From: Escherichia phage Bf23
DNA length: 14,504 nt
Sequence record: NC_042564.1
Direction: 5' to 3' (one strand)
The position numbers and the translations under genes were made by a program. Position 1 is the stretch's first letter. Every line of letters starts with the position of its first letter. Below the pieces are notes generated by a model, which was given only the letters and a program-made list of their open reading frames with translations, ran no database searches and was not told where the DNA came from. Of this stretch, positions 1 through 5,703 are shown piece after piece.

Positions 1-35
1 TGATCACCAGATTGTTTACGATAAGTACGGCTCAT
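1..35 (-). CDS. 5'-partial CDS (N-terminus only, continues beyond window start)
   Basis: ATG at 33-35 on minus strand with GGAGGT Shine-Dalgarno (revcomp of 39-44); reads MSRTYRKQSGD... leftwards out of the window. Confidence 0.35.
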   Translation of the reverse strand, partial: MSRTYRKQSGD

Positions 36-82
36 ATTACCTCCATTAAGTCTTTTAAATTAACCTAATGTGGATGAATTTT

Positions 83-112
83 ATTATACATAAATTATTT
101 ACCTGTATGCAG
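83..112 (-). promoter_or_regulatory. putative sigma70 promoter (weak -35) for the partial gene at 1-35
   Basis: minus-strand TATAAT (revcomp of attata 83-88), 17-18 nt spacer, -35-like CTGCAT/TGCATA; weaker match than the other promoter copies. Confidence 0.3.
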
Positions 113-114
113 AA

Positions 115-152
115 AAACCCCAGACTACTTATTCAATAGCTGGGGTTTGTTA
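115..152 (-). terminator. putative rho-independent terminator downstream of CDS 157-471
   Basis: inverted repeat ccccag(117-122)/ctgggg(140-145) with A-run on plus strand before it = U-run after hairpin on minus strand; loop is long (17 nt). Confidence 0.5.
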
Positions 153-156
153 TTAA

Positions 157-471
157 TCACAGATCGGGGCGTTCATCTTCGAAACAGCCTGAGCTAATTC
201 CTTCTCCGAATCCTACAAAGCCATCAAATTCATCATTTGAAATATCCGTAATCATTGCTTCCATTTTCCTAATTTCCGAGGTTTTCATACCTGCTTTACT
301 ATTCTTAAAGTGTTTGCGAGGGTTCCCACACATCCAACAAGAACAGATGCAAGGAGTAGTAGTGATAATACCTAACCGTTTAGGGCTTTCTTCATGTGGG
401 AAGACTGTCCAATACTTCTTGCGGTTGTTCTTTACACGTTGCCGGTGATGACGTCTTAATGCTCGATCCAC
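157..471 (-). CDS. hypothetical basic, Cys-rich protein (possible zinc-binding), 104 aa
   Basis: ORF track; ATG at 469-471 with AGGAGA SD 7 nt upstream; Arg/Lys-rich N-terminus followed by CxCxCxxC cluster; terminator-like hairpin downstream. Confidence 0.6.
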   Translation of the reverse strand: MDRALRRHHRQRVKNNRKKYWTVFPHEESPKRLGIITTTPCICSCWMCGNPRKHFKNSKAGMKTSEIRKMEAMITDISNDEFDGFVGFGEGISSGCFEDERPDL

Positions 472-552
472 ACATTTCTCCTAAAACTTGGGAGATAAAT
501 GGAGTTTGCTCGACTACCTTACGTAGTTCGTAGAAACCGTATCCAAGCCCCA

Positions 553-921
553 TTACATCGCCTGAGTAAATGTACGACTAATAACGTCGTTCTGCTGTTC
601 ACGTGTCAGTGCGTTAAAGCGCACAGCATAACCAGAAACACGAATGGTTAACTGAGGGTATTTTTCAGGATGTTTCTGGGCATCCAAAAGCTGATCACGA
701 CTTAACACATTGACATTTAGGTGTTGACCACCTTCAATTTGAGGGGCGACCTCCACCTTGACTTCACGAAAGGATTCAGAGTCAAAGTGAGGTGTGATAC
801 CTTCTAGATCTTCAACTAGAACTTTTTGTTTAAGTTCACCATCTTTAGAGTACAGTTGAATAATCTGATTATCATGAACAAGATTAATTACGCCAGACTT
901 AAGATTTTGATATGCTTTCAT
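553..921 (-). CDS. grcA: GrcA/YfiD-like autonomous glycyl radical cofactor (pyruvate formate-lyase C-terminal domain homolog), 122 aa
   Basis: translation contains [11 protein letters not shown]...[40 protein letters not shown], matching the glycyl-radical motif RVSGYAVRF and C-terminus of PflB/GrcA as I recall them; ATG at 919-921 has AGGAGA SD; the longer ORF-track start at 996 would overlap tRNA 935-1011. Confidence 0.85.
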   Translation of the reverse strand: MKAYQNLKSGVINLVHDNQIIQLYSKDGELKQKVLVEDLEGITPHFDSESFREVKVEVAPQIEGGQHLNVNVLSRDQLLDAQKHPEKYPQLTIRVSGYAVRFNALTREQQNDVISRTFTQAM

Positions 922-934
922 TAGCTCTCCTGTT

Positions 935-1011
935 TGGTAGTTAGTAGTGGATTTGAACCACTGTAGTCGCTCCGTATGAAGGAGGTGCATAACCACTCTG
1001 CCAACTAACTA
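935..1011 (-). tRNA. tRNA-Met (anticodon CAT; could be elongator Met, initiator or Ile2-lysidine type)
   Basis: minus strand; encoded CCA (tgg 935-937), T-arm agtgg/atttgaa/ccact, acceptor 939-945 pairs with 1005-1011, anticodon loop TTCATAC with one mismatch in the anticodon stem. Confidence 0.6.
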
Positions 1012-1106
1012 TTATGTTTTACTAGACTAAGTAAGTATTCTTTGTACTCTTTAGACCAATTAGCTTTTTTAAACTTTCCTGGACGCATAGTCTTAATTCC
1101 TAGATT

Positions 1107-1183
1107 TGGTACTCCGGGAGGGATTTAAACCCCCGATCTCTCGGTTATCAGCCGAGTGCTTTAGATCGCTAAGCTACCGAAGT
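1107..1183 (-). tRNA. tRNA-Ile (anticodon GAT)
   Basis: encoded CCA, T-arm with loop TTTAAAT, perfect anticodon stem ctcgg/ccgag with loop CTGATAA, D-stem gctt/aagc, 7-bp acceptor with one G-U. Confidence 0.75.
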
Positions 1184-1184
1184 A

Positions 1185-1391
1185 TTAACATTTAATTGCA
1201 GAACGTTTACCATTTCTAGGCGCACCTGGAAGTCGTGCACGTTCTGCCATTCTTCGCTTAATCTTTGAGATATTTTCTAGTGTTTGTTCTTCAGGCTTAA
1301 TACCTGAAACACTACACCACTGATTACCATCCCATGCGGTAATGATCATAACACCATTACTCATGATCTTTTCTGTAAAAGTAATCCTCAT
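1185..1391 (-). CDS. hypothetical small protein (68 aa), translationally coupled to upstream ORF
   Basis: ORF track 1185-1412; ATG at 1389-1391 overlaps the TAA stop of ORF 1391-1684 (TAATG); longer start would require in-gene initiation. Confidence 0.4.
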   Translation of the reverse strand: MRITFTEKIMSNGVMIITAWDGNQWCSVSGIKPEEQTLENISKIKRRMAERARLPGAPRNGKRSAIKC

Positions 1392-1684
1392 TATAGCAAC
1401 TCGTCTAAGCAAGAGGTATAATGGAATTTAGCTTCTCCAGTCTTATCTATTTCTACCTCAGTTCGTGGTACTTGACGAACTACACCATGAATCATCTTAT
1501 AGCGAACGCCTTTAGCTGGTTCATGATCTTTTGGAAATACTTGTTTGACCGTTACTACTTTATACTCTTCACGCGGTGTTAATACAACTACTTGATCACC
1601 CTCTTTGATTTTCCAGGAAGATGGAAATTCATAGGTATACCTTTGGCCACCAGTTTGGAATACTACAGAAAGATAACGTTTCAT
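1391..1684 (-). CDS. hypothetical protein, 97 aa
   Basis: ORF track; ATG at 1682-1684 with GAGGG SD; located just downstream of promoter 1715-1743. Confidence 0.55.
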   Translation of the reverse strand: MKRYLSVVFQTGGQRYTYEFPSSWKIKEGDQVVVLTPREEYKVVTVKQVFPKDHEPAKGVRYKMIHGVVRQVPRTEVEIDKTGEAKFHYTSCLDELL

Positions 1685-1714
1685 TTGGTTTCCCTCTCAT
1701 TAATTTATATAAAT

Positions 1715-1743
1715 ATTATAACAAGAAATAAGAGAGAATGCAA
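1715..1743 (-). promoter_or_regulatory. sigma70 promoter (T5 early-promoter-like)
   Basis: minus strand TTGCAT (revcomp 1738-1743) - 17 nt - TATAAT (revcomp 1715-1720), A/T-rich UP region, conserved motif aatgaatttttaa shared with other copies. Confidence 0.65.
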
Positions 1744-1758
1744 ATGAATTTTTAAGTT

Positions 1759-1833
1759 TGGTGCTCCCACTAGGAATCGAACCCAGCTCAGATGCTTACA
1801 AGGCAACTGCATCGCCAACAATGCTTTAGGAGC
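1759..1833 (-). tRNA. tRNA-Thr (anticodon TGT)
   Basis: encoded CCA (1759-1761), T-arm ctagg/aatcgaa/cccag, D-stem GCAT/ATGC, anticodon loop CTTGTAA, acceptor with one G-U; one U-U mismatch in anticodon stem. Confidence 0.6.
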
Positions 1834-1843
1834 GATAATCCCA

Positions 1844-2008
1844 TTATTTCAATGGGATTTCTTTTTCAAATACAGGGGATTTATCTGACATTACTGTCAT
1901 TGCCAACTGCTGAAGAAACTCGAAAGTTAGCTTTAAACGTTCTTCGCCTAATTCAACCTCAACGTATTTCTTTTGTTTGTCAACCTTTAATTTTAGGTTA
2001 TCAGCCAT
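1844..2008 (-). CDS. possible small ORF (54 aa), overlapping stop of upstream ORF
   Basis: ATG at 2006-2008 overlapping TGA of ORF 2001-2222 (ATGGCTGA); weak SD; below ORF-track size cut-off. Confidence 0.3.
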   Translation of the reverse strand: MADNLKLKVDKQKKYVEVELGEERLKLTFEFLQQLAMTVMSDKSPVFEKEIPLK

Positions 2009-2222
2009 CTTCGGATTCTCGTTGCTCAGCTACTGCTAGCCAGTCTGGTAAAAGAAACTTAGTACGAAACTCTTCATAAGATTCTTCTGGATAAAAGCTA
2101 AAACCTCCTTTCTCATCATTCAAGATAACAGAGCCGTCAGTTTGTTCATATGCTCGATATGTTTCTCCAATAATGATAACTCGCTTATCAGTACTTTTAT
2201 TACGAAACTCAAAAACGTGCAT
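2001..2222 (-). CDS. hypothetical protein, 73 aa
   Basis: ORF track; ATG at 2220-2222 with AAGGAAA SD. Confidence 0.5.
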   Translation of the reverse strand: MHVFEFRNKSTDKRVIIIGETYRAYEQTDGSVILNDEKGGFSFYPEESYEEFRTKFLLPDWLAVAEQRESEDG

Positions 2223-2238
2223 AACGTTTCCTTAAAGT

Positions 2239-2314
2239 TGGAGCGGCTAGAGGGAATCGAACCCTACTCAGCGAGGCTTGGAAGGCCTGCGACACAACCC
2301 GTGTGCTTAACCGC
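2239..2314 (-). tRNA. tRNA-Gly (anticodon TCC)
   Basis: encoded CCA, T-loop TTCGATT, anticodon loop CTTCCAA (plus-strand aggc/ttggaag/gcct), acceptor 2243-2249 pairs 2308-2314 with one G-U. Confidence 0.6.
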
Positions 2315-2322
2315 TTATTGTT

Positions 2323-2398
2323 TGGCTGGAGAAGGAGGAGTCGAACCTACCATTAACGGAGTCAAAGGCCATTGTGTTAACCGTTACACTACTCTCCA
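2323..2398 (-). tRNA. tRNA-Gln (anticodon TTG)
   Basis: encoded CCA, U1-A72 and G73 as in bacterial tRNA-Gln, D-stem GTGT/ACAC, anticodon loop CTTTGAC; anticodon stem has C31-U39 mismatch. Confidence 0.55.
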
Positions 2399-2404
2399 AT
2401 TATT

Positions 2405-2480
2405 TGGCTGGAGTGCCTGGGATCGAACCAGGAACCTTCGGAGTCAGAGGCCGACGATCTGCCAATTGATCTACACTCCA
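2405..2480 (-). tRNA. tRNA-Gln (anticodon CTG)
   Basis: encoded CCA, perfect T-arm cctgg/gatcgaa/ccagg, perfect 7-bp acceptor (2409-2415/2474-2480), D-stem GATC/GATC, anticodon loop CTCTGAC; same C31-U39 mismatch as its neighbour. Confidence 0.6.
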
Positions 2481-2489
2481 AGAATGCTA

Positions 2490-2726
2490 TTAACTAGACA
2501 CTGGTTCTGCTGGCTGAGATACGGCAGGCTGTTCTAATGTATCTGGTGCTGATACAGAGAAAAGAGCTTGTAATGCTGCAATATCACGCTCGTAAGTTTC
2601 AATACGAGTAGTAAGAGTATCTACCATCTGTTTATGATAGGCTAAGTTATTCTGAGATTCATCTCGAAGAGTTTGCAGTTCTGCAAGACGTGTTAACATA
2701 ATTTCACTAATTAAAGCATTACTCAT
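2490..2726 (-). CDS. hypothetical coiled-coil protein, 78 aa
   Basis: ORF track; ATG with AGGAGA SD; start overlaps stop of 2719-2916 (coupled). Confidence 0.5.
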   Translation of the reverse strand: MSNALISEIMLTRLAELQTLRDESQNNLAYHKQMVDTLTTRIETYERDIAALQALFSVSAPDTLEQPAVSQPAEPVSS

Positions 2727-2916
2727 TTGTTTCTCCTAAATTTTCCGGTTCTTCTAAACGTTTGCCTTCATGATCTACTCGAATAACTCCGCATCCTTCG
2801 CAAACCACAACTGCACCATAACCTTCTTTGACTTCGGCTTCTGTAATCAGACCAGATAAGTCACCAGTATCTCTGCCCCACATATCAATGGAGCATTGTT
2901 TGCAGAAATCAGCCAT
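2719..2916 (-). CDS. hypothetical zinc-ribbon-like protein (two CxxC pairs), 65 aa
   Basis: ORF track; ATG at 2914-2916 with AGGAAA SD; CKQC ... CEGC motif. Confidence 0.55.
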   Translation of the reverse strand: MADFCKQCSIDMWGRDTGDLSGLITEAEVKEGYGAVVVCEGCGVIRVDHEGKRLEEPENLGETNE

Positions 2917-2941
2917 ATTTTATTTCCTATTTAAGTTAATT

Positions 2942-3018
2942 TGGGGTGGCTAGTGGAATTCGAATCCACATAGGCCTGATTCACAATCAGGATCATTAAC
3001 CAATTATGATATAGCCAC
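2942..3018 (-). tRNA. tRNA-His (anticodon GTG)
   Basis: encoded CCA, C73 discriminator, perfect T-arm gtgga/attcgaa/tccac, perfect anticodon stem cctga/tcagg with loop TTGTGAA, perfect acceptor 2946-2952/3012-3018. Confidence 0.8.
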
Positions 3019-3132
3019 AATTGAAAACTCGCAGGGTTAGCGAAACCATCCTCAATTAGCATGTTCTAGAATACTAATCAAGTTATCTCCTATTGCACGC
3101 AGCTCAAGACGAGTACGAATTTTCAATTGTGG
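3015..3132 (-). ncRNA. candidate structured RNA / precursor-processing stem flanking the 5' end of tRNA-His
   Basis: 17-nt inverted repeat ccacaattgaaaactcg (3015-3031) vs cgaattttcaattgtgg (3116-3132), one mismatch, enclosing 84 nt with no credible ORF; the first arm includes the first 4 nt of tRNA-His. Confidence 0.3.
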
Positions 3133-3247
3133 CGGCTCTCAGAAACTCTTCTATTCTAGCCCCAGAAGCTTACCCCCGAACGCCTGTCGGGAAAGTCTTT
3201 CCAAGAGCATCAAATAGCACCGTTACACTTTGAGCCATTGATATATC

Positions 3248-3332
3248 AAGGAACAGAAGGATTTGAACCTTCACGAGATAGACCATTTATCTCAACCGCT
3301 TTTAAGGTATATTTCTAGGAGTGGATGTTCCT
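3248..3332 (-). tRNA. tRNA-like gene, class II length (85 nt), isotype undetermined (possible Leu-TAA) or pseudogene
   Basis: perfect T-arm gaagg/atttgaa/ccttc and perfect 7-bp acceptor (3249-3255/3326-3332) but no canonical anticodon stem; CCA not encoded; contains hairpin agata/gaccatt/tatct. Confidence 0.35.
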
Positions 3333-3386
3333 AGTAAACCTATTCGGCAGTCCCGTCTACCAATTCCGGCATATTCCAAGAATTTT

Positions 3387-3560
3387 TTATAAACCAGCAG
3401 AAGCCTCATTTAAAGCATCAACAATAGCTTCACGCTGGGTCATTCCATACCCGGTGGAGTCTAGGTGAGGCAAATAGGCTGCCCACCCATTATCTGTTTC
3501 ATGAAGGAATGCTTTAAATTTTTTACCGTCCTTCATTGTTACAGTAACTGTTTTGCTCAT
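3387..3560 (-). CDS. small ORF (57 aa), possibly HicB/UPF0150-like fold
   Basis: ATG at 3558-3560 with AAGGAA SD; translation ...ETDNGWAAYLPHLDSTGYGMTQREAIVDALNEASAGL resembles the HicB N-terminal domain pattern; below ORF-track size cut-off. Confidence 0.4.
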   Translation of the reverse strand: MSKTVTVTMKDGKKFKAFLHETDNGWAAYLPHLDSTGYGMTQREAIVDALNEASAGL

Positions 3561-3580
3561 AAGGATTCCTTATAGTTAAT

Positions 3581-3670
3581 TGGAGGAAGGTAATGGAGTC
3601 GAACCATCACCGTATCACTACAGCGGGCTAGTTTTCAAGACTAGTTGCGTACCACTACGCCCTACCTTCC
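3581..3670 (-). tRNA. tRNA-Ser (anticodon TGA)
   Basis: 90 nt with long variable arm; encoded CCA; perfect anticodon stem ctagt/actag with loop CTTGAAA; perfect acceptor 3585-3591/3664-3670. Confidence 0.65.
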
Positions 3671-3677
3671 ATTTGTT

Positions 3678-3768
3678 TGGCGGAAGAGGAGAGATTTGAA
3701 CTCTCAAGCCGTTTTACCAGTCAGCCACTTTCCAAGCGGTTTTCGTCGCCAATTCGATTTGCTCTTCC
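3678..3768 (-). tRNA. tRNA-Ser (anticodon GGA), tentative
   Basis: 91 nt class II; encoded CCA, G73; perfect T-arm gagag/atttgaa/ctctc; perfect acceptor 3682-3688/3762-3768; anticodon loop TTGGAAA with one mismatch in stem; 3-bp D-stem. Confidence 0.5.
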
Positions 3769-3801
3769 AATAATAAGATGATGCCTCTATCACACCAGGC
3801 A

Positions 3802-3880
3802 GTTACGCCTCGCTGGGATTCGAACCCATTAAAACAGCTCAACCGAGATAGTAGGTTTAATTTACTCTGACCATCAAATT
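3802..3880 (-). other. orphan T-arm-like element (degenerate tRNA remnant?)
   Basis: tggg/attcgaa/ccca T-arm-like hairpin at 3814-3828 but no pairing partner for an acceptor stem and no anticodon arm. Confidence 0.25.
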
Positions 3881-3957
3881 TGGTGCGTGACAAGGGATTC
3901 GAACCCTCAAAACCCGACTTCTAAGGACGGTATGTATGCCAATTCCATCAATCACGC
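3881..3957 (-). tRNA. tRNA with anticodon TAG (Leu-type anticodon) on a short-variable-arm scaffold; isotype uncertain
   Basis: encoded CCA, T-arm aaggg/attcgaa/ccctc, acceptor 3885-3891/3951-3957 with one G-U, anticodon loop CTTAGAA with one U-U mismatch in stem, 3-bp D-stem, only 5-nt variable loop. Confidence 0.4.
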
Positions 3958-3962
3958 GTATT

Positions 3963-4036
3963 TGGTGGAGAAAGAGGGAGTTGAACCCTCGTTTTCTGCG
4001 TGCAAAGCAGATGTTCTACCATTAAACTATATCCCC
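3963..4036 (-). tRNA. tRNA-Ala (anticodon TGC)
   Basis: encoded CCA, perfect T-arm gaggg/agttgaa/ccctc, perfect anticodon stem tctgc/gcaga with loop TTTGCAC, acceptor shows G3-U70 (Ala identity pair) plus one mismatch. Confidence 0.65.
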
Positions 4037-4062
4037 AAATTCTTTAGTTTACTAAGGCTATT

Positions 4063-4230
4063 AGCTCGGCGTAACTATAGCACCTTCGCTTCGAGCGGAA
4101 GGAACTACGTCATCTCGCAAACCCGATACACTATTCAGTTGCCGCTGAATCTAGTGGACTAATCTAGAACCTCTCCCAAATCGTAGGGATCGTGCTTTTT
4201 GGCAGCCAGTCCTAGGTCGAGCTAATACCT
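4063..4230 (-). ncRNA. candidate structured RNA in promoter-proximal leader (no ORF)
   Basis: long-range inverted repeat ggctattagctcgg (4063-4076) vs gtcgagctaatacc (4217-4230) enclosing about 140 nt with internal hairpins (ttcag/ctgaa 4133-4148; ctag/ctag); no ORF with RBS. Confidence 0.3.
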
Positions 4231-4274
4231 TAGTGAACTATGATGAGGATTTCCCCTCATCAATTTATATAAAT

Positions 4275-4303
4275 ATTATAACAAGAAATTAAGCATTAAG
4301 CAA
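4275..4303 (-). promoter_or_regulatory. sigma70 promoter (T5 early-promoter-like)
   Basis: minus strand TTGCTT (revcomp 4298-4303) - 17 nt - TATAAT (revcomp 4275-4280); A-run upstream; 8-bp hairpin tgatgagg/cctcatca (4241-4262) immediately downstream of predicted start. Confidence 0.7.
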
Positions 4304-4409
4304 CTGCGTTTTTGAAATTTCTTGGACTTGGTACTCGGTGATAGAATCTAACTATCGCAACCGCCGTGTAAAGACGGGGTTCTCTCATTAAACTAACCGA
4401 GCAAAAATT

Positions 4410-4487
4410 TGGTGGATTGCCTGGGATTCGAACCCAGAACTGACGGATTAAAGGTCCGCTACTCTTATCCAGTTGAGCTAGCAATCC
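4410..4487 (-). tRNA. tRNA-Lys (anticodon TTT)
   Basis: encoded CCA, perfect T-arm ctggg/attcgaa/cccag, perfect acceptor 4414-4420/4481-4487, D-arm GCTC/GAGT, anticodon loop CCTTTAA (C at position 33). Confidence 0.6.
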
Positions 4488-4951
4488 AAATTCTCTACTA
4501 ATAGTTTGAAAGCGTCTAACAGAGGTACTTCAAACCATTCTCCTGATACTTTGTAGTCTTTCAGAAGATTATGTAATGCTTTTTCAGTTCTTCTCTTGTC
4601 CGAGGAGAATCTAAAATGGTATAACTTGTAATCACGATATGGCGAATATGTTTGATAACTAGACAGTCTTTCATTTACGTCTACTGTCATACCTATCTTA
4701 TAGAGTCCAGGCCATGCTGGGTTACCTATTACATATACAAACCCTTCTGTTATAGGGATTTTATGCTCCCTTTTATACTTCAGCAGGTTTAACGCTGCCA
4801 TTCTATAACAGAACTTAAACTCTGAGGATTTTAGTTTACCTTCTTTACCAGATATTTCGTTATACTTCTCCATATACCTACGTATTAAGGAGTCAGTAAT
4901 AGTAAAGTGCTTTGGAAGATCCAGGGCTTGAAGTACACTGTTAATAAGCAT
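4478..4951 (-). CDS. T5orf172-family (GIY-YIG-like) domain protein, 157 aa; putative homing-type nuclease
   Basis: ORF track; motif GFVYVIGNPAWPGLYKIGMTVDVNERLSSYQTYSPYRDYKL typical of the T5orf172 domain; AAGGAAG SD; paralog of 6749-7267; 3' end overlaps 5' end of tRNA-Lys. Confidence 0.8.
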   Translation of the reverse strand: MLINSVLQALDLPKHFTITDSLIRRYMEKYNEISGKEGKLKSSEFKFCYRMAALNLLKYKREHKIPITEGFVYVIGNPAWPGLYKIGMTVDVNERLSSYQTYSPYRDYKLYHFRFSSDKRRTEKALHNLLKDYKVSGEWFEVPLLDAFKLLVENLDC

Positions 4952-5105
4952 AAACTTCCTTAATAGAATGGACTTTTAAGTAAGAATGATTAATCCCAAA
5001 CTCCGCCATTACTTCTTTTTCATCTTTTCCATAATGTGCAAGTAAGGATCTTGAGGTATTATTACCTAAACGTTTGTCACTTACTACTAATCGAAATACT
5101 TTCAT
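4941..5105 (-). CDS. possible small ORF (54 aa)
   Basis: ATG at 5103-5105 with GAGGA SD 7 nt upstream; stop overlaps start region of 4478-4951; below ORF-track cut-off. Confidence 0.35.
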   Translation of the reverse strand: MKVFRLVVSDKRLGNNTSRSLLAHYGKDEKEVMAEFGINHSYLKVHSIKEVYAY

Positions 5106-5125
5106 TTCGAAATCCTCTATTAAAA

Positions 5126-5203
5126 TGGAAGCGGGTGCAGGAATCGAACCTACCTCTTTCTAGCTTATGAGACTAGCGATCTCTACCAGAGATCTAACCC
5201 GCA
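5126..5203 (-). tRNA. tRNA-Met-type (anticodon CAT), possibly initiator-like (position 1-72 unpaired)
   Basis: encoded CCA, T-arm gcagg/aatcgaa/cctac (one G-U), anticodon loop CTCATAA, acceptor 6 bp plus unpaired terminal pair. Confidence 0.55.
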
Positions 5204-5209
5204 ATTGTT

Positions 5210-5285
5210 TGGTCAGTGCGGCAGGACTCGAACCTGCGACCCGAAGCATCCAAGGCTCCCACGCTACCAACTCCGCTACGCACTG
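5210..5285 (-). tRNA. tRNA-Pro (anticodon TGG)
   Basis: encoded CCA, perfect T-arm gcagg/actcgaa/cctgc, perfect acceptor 5214-5220/5279-5285, anticodon loop CTTGGAT. Confidence 0.65.
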
Positions 5286-5316
5286 TTAATTTTTGTTAAC
5301 TCACTTTATAAAATAT

Positions 5317-5345
5317 ATTATACAGATAATTAAGCATAATAGCAA
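5317..5345 (-). promoter_or_regulatory. sigma70 promoter (T5 early-promoter-like)
   Basis: minus strand TTGCTA (revcomp 5340-5345) - 17 nt - TATAAT (revcomp 5317-5322); conserved flanking motif cagataattaagca / aatgaatttttaa. Confidence 0.7.
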
Positions 5346-5372
5346 ATGAATTTTTAATAAATTTACTTATTG

Positions 5373-5472
5373 TGTAGGCCACCTGGGGGCTATCAACCCC
5401 ACGGCTGACAAAGAAGTTTGCGAGACTTCTCTTAAAAGCCAGAATAGACCCGCCGATCTATCGGAACCTACA
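5373..5472 (-). ncRNA. tRNA-like cloverleaf element (about 100 nt), noncanonical; strand uncertain
   Basis: outer stem tgtagg(5373-5378)/cctaca(5467-5472) enclosing three hairpins: ggggg/cccc (5385-5400), agaagt/acttct with 7-nt loop (5412-5430), ccga/tcgg (5453-5464); no TTCGA T-loop, no CCA. Confidence 0.3.
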
Positions 5473-5620
5473 TAATAAGTAAACTTTCGTTTACTTACAC
5501 CTACTTGGTCAGGAGGATTTTCAGCGACTAGAACCGGCCGGAAACTTATCGCCTTGTTTTACTACCACCTTACGGACGCACAAGTTGTTACACGAATGCG
5601 CAAGCTCGGTTTGGTAGATT

Positions 5621-5694
5621 TGGTGCGGTCGGAGGGAATCGAACCCCCAACTTCTGGTTGGCAACCAAAAATTATACCCTTTAACTACGAACGC
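5621..5694 (-). tRNA. tRNA-Gly (anticodon GCC)
   Basis: encoded CCA, T-arm gaggg/aatcgaa/ccccc, anticodon loop TTGCCAA with G-U in stem, acceptor with one mismatch. Confidence 0.55.
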
Positions 5695-5703
5695 AAAATA
5701 AGT

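Noticed and set aside
553-996. Longer N-terminus of the GrcA-like ORF starting at 996
   Set aside because: The extension overlaps tRNA-Met 935-1011 and lacks an RBS, whereas ATG 919-921 has AGGAGA and gives a protein of GrcA length.
1838-1861. Hairpin aatcccatt/aatgggatt followed by T-run on the plus strand as a terminator
   Set aside because: No plus-strand transcription unit is evident here, and on the minus strand it is not followed by a U-run; more likely part of the small ORF 1844-2008 or a processing structure.
1792-2079. Plus-strand ORF (95 aa) from the ORF track
   Set aside because: Overlaps tRNA-Thr and the minus-strand ORFs 1844-2008 and 2001-2222; no promoter or RBS on the plus strand.
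2142-2537. Plus-strand ORF (131 aa) from the ORF track
   Set aside because: Runs antisense through three tRNA genes (2239-2480); translation reflects tRNA sequence, not a coding gene.
3887-4162. Plus-strand ORF (91 aa) from the ORF track
   Set aside because: Antisense to tRNA 3881-3957 and tRNA-Ala; no RBS.
4296-4484. Minus-strand ORF (62 aa) from the ORF track
   Set aside because: Spans promoter 4275-4303 and tRNA-Lys; Pro/Arg-rich translation of tRNA sequence; no RBS.
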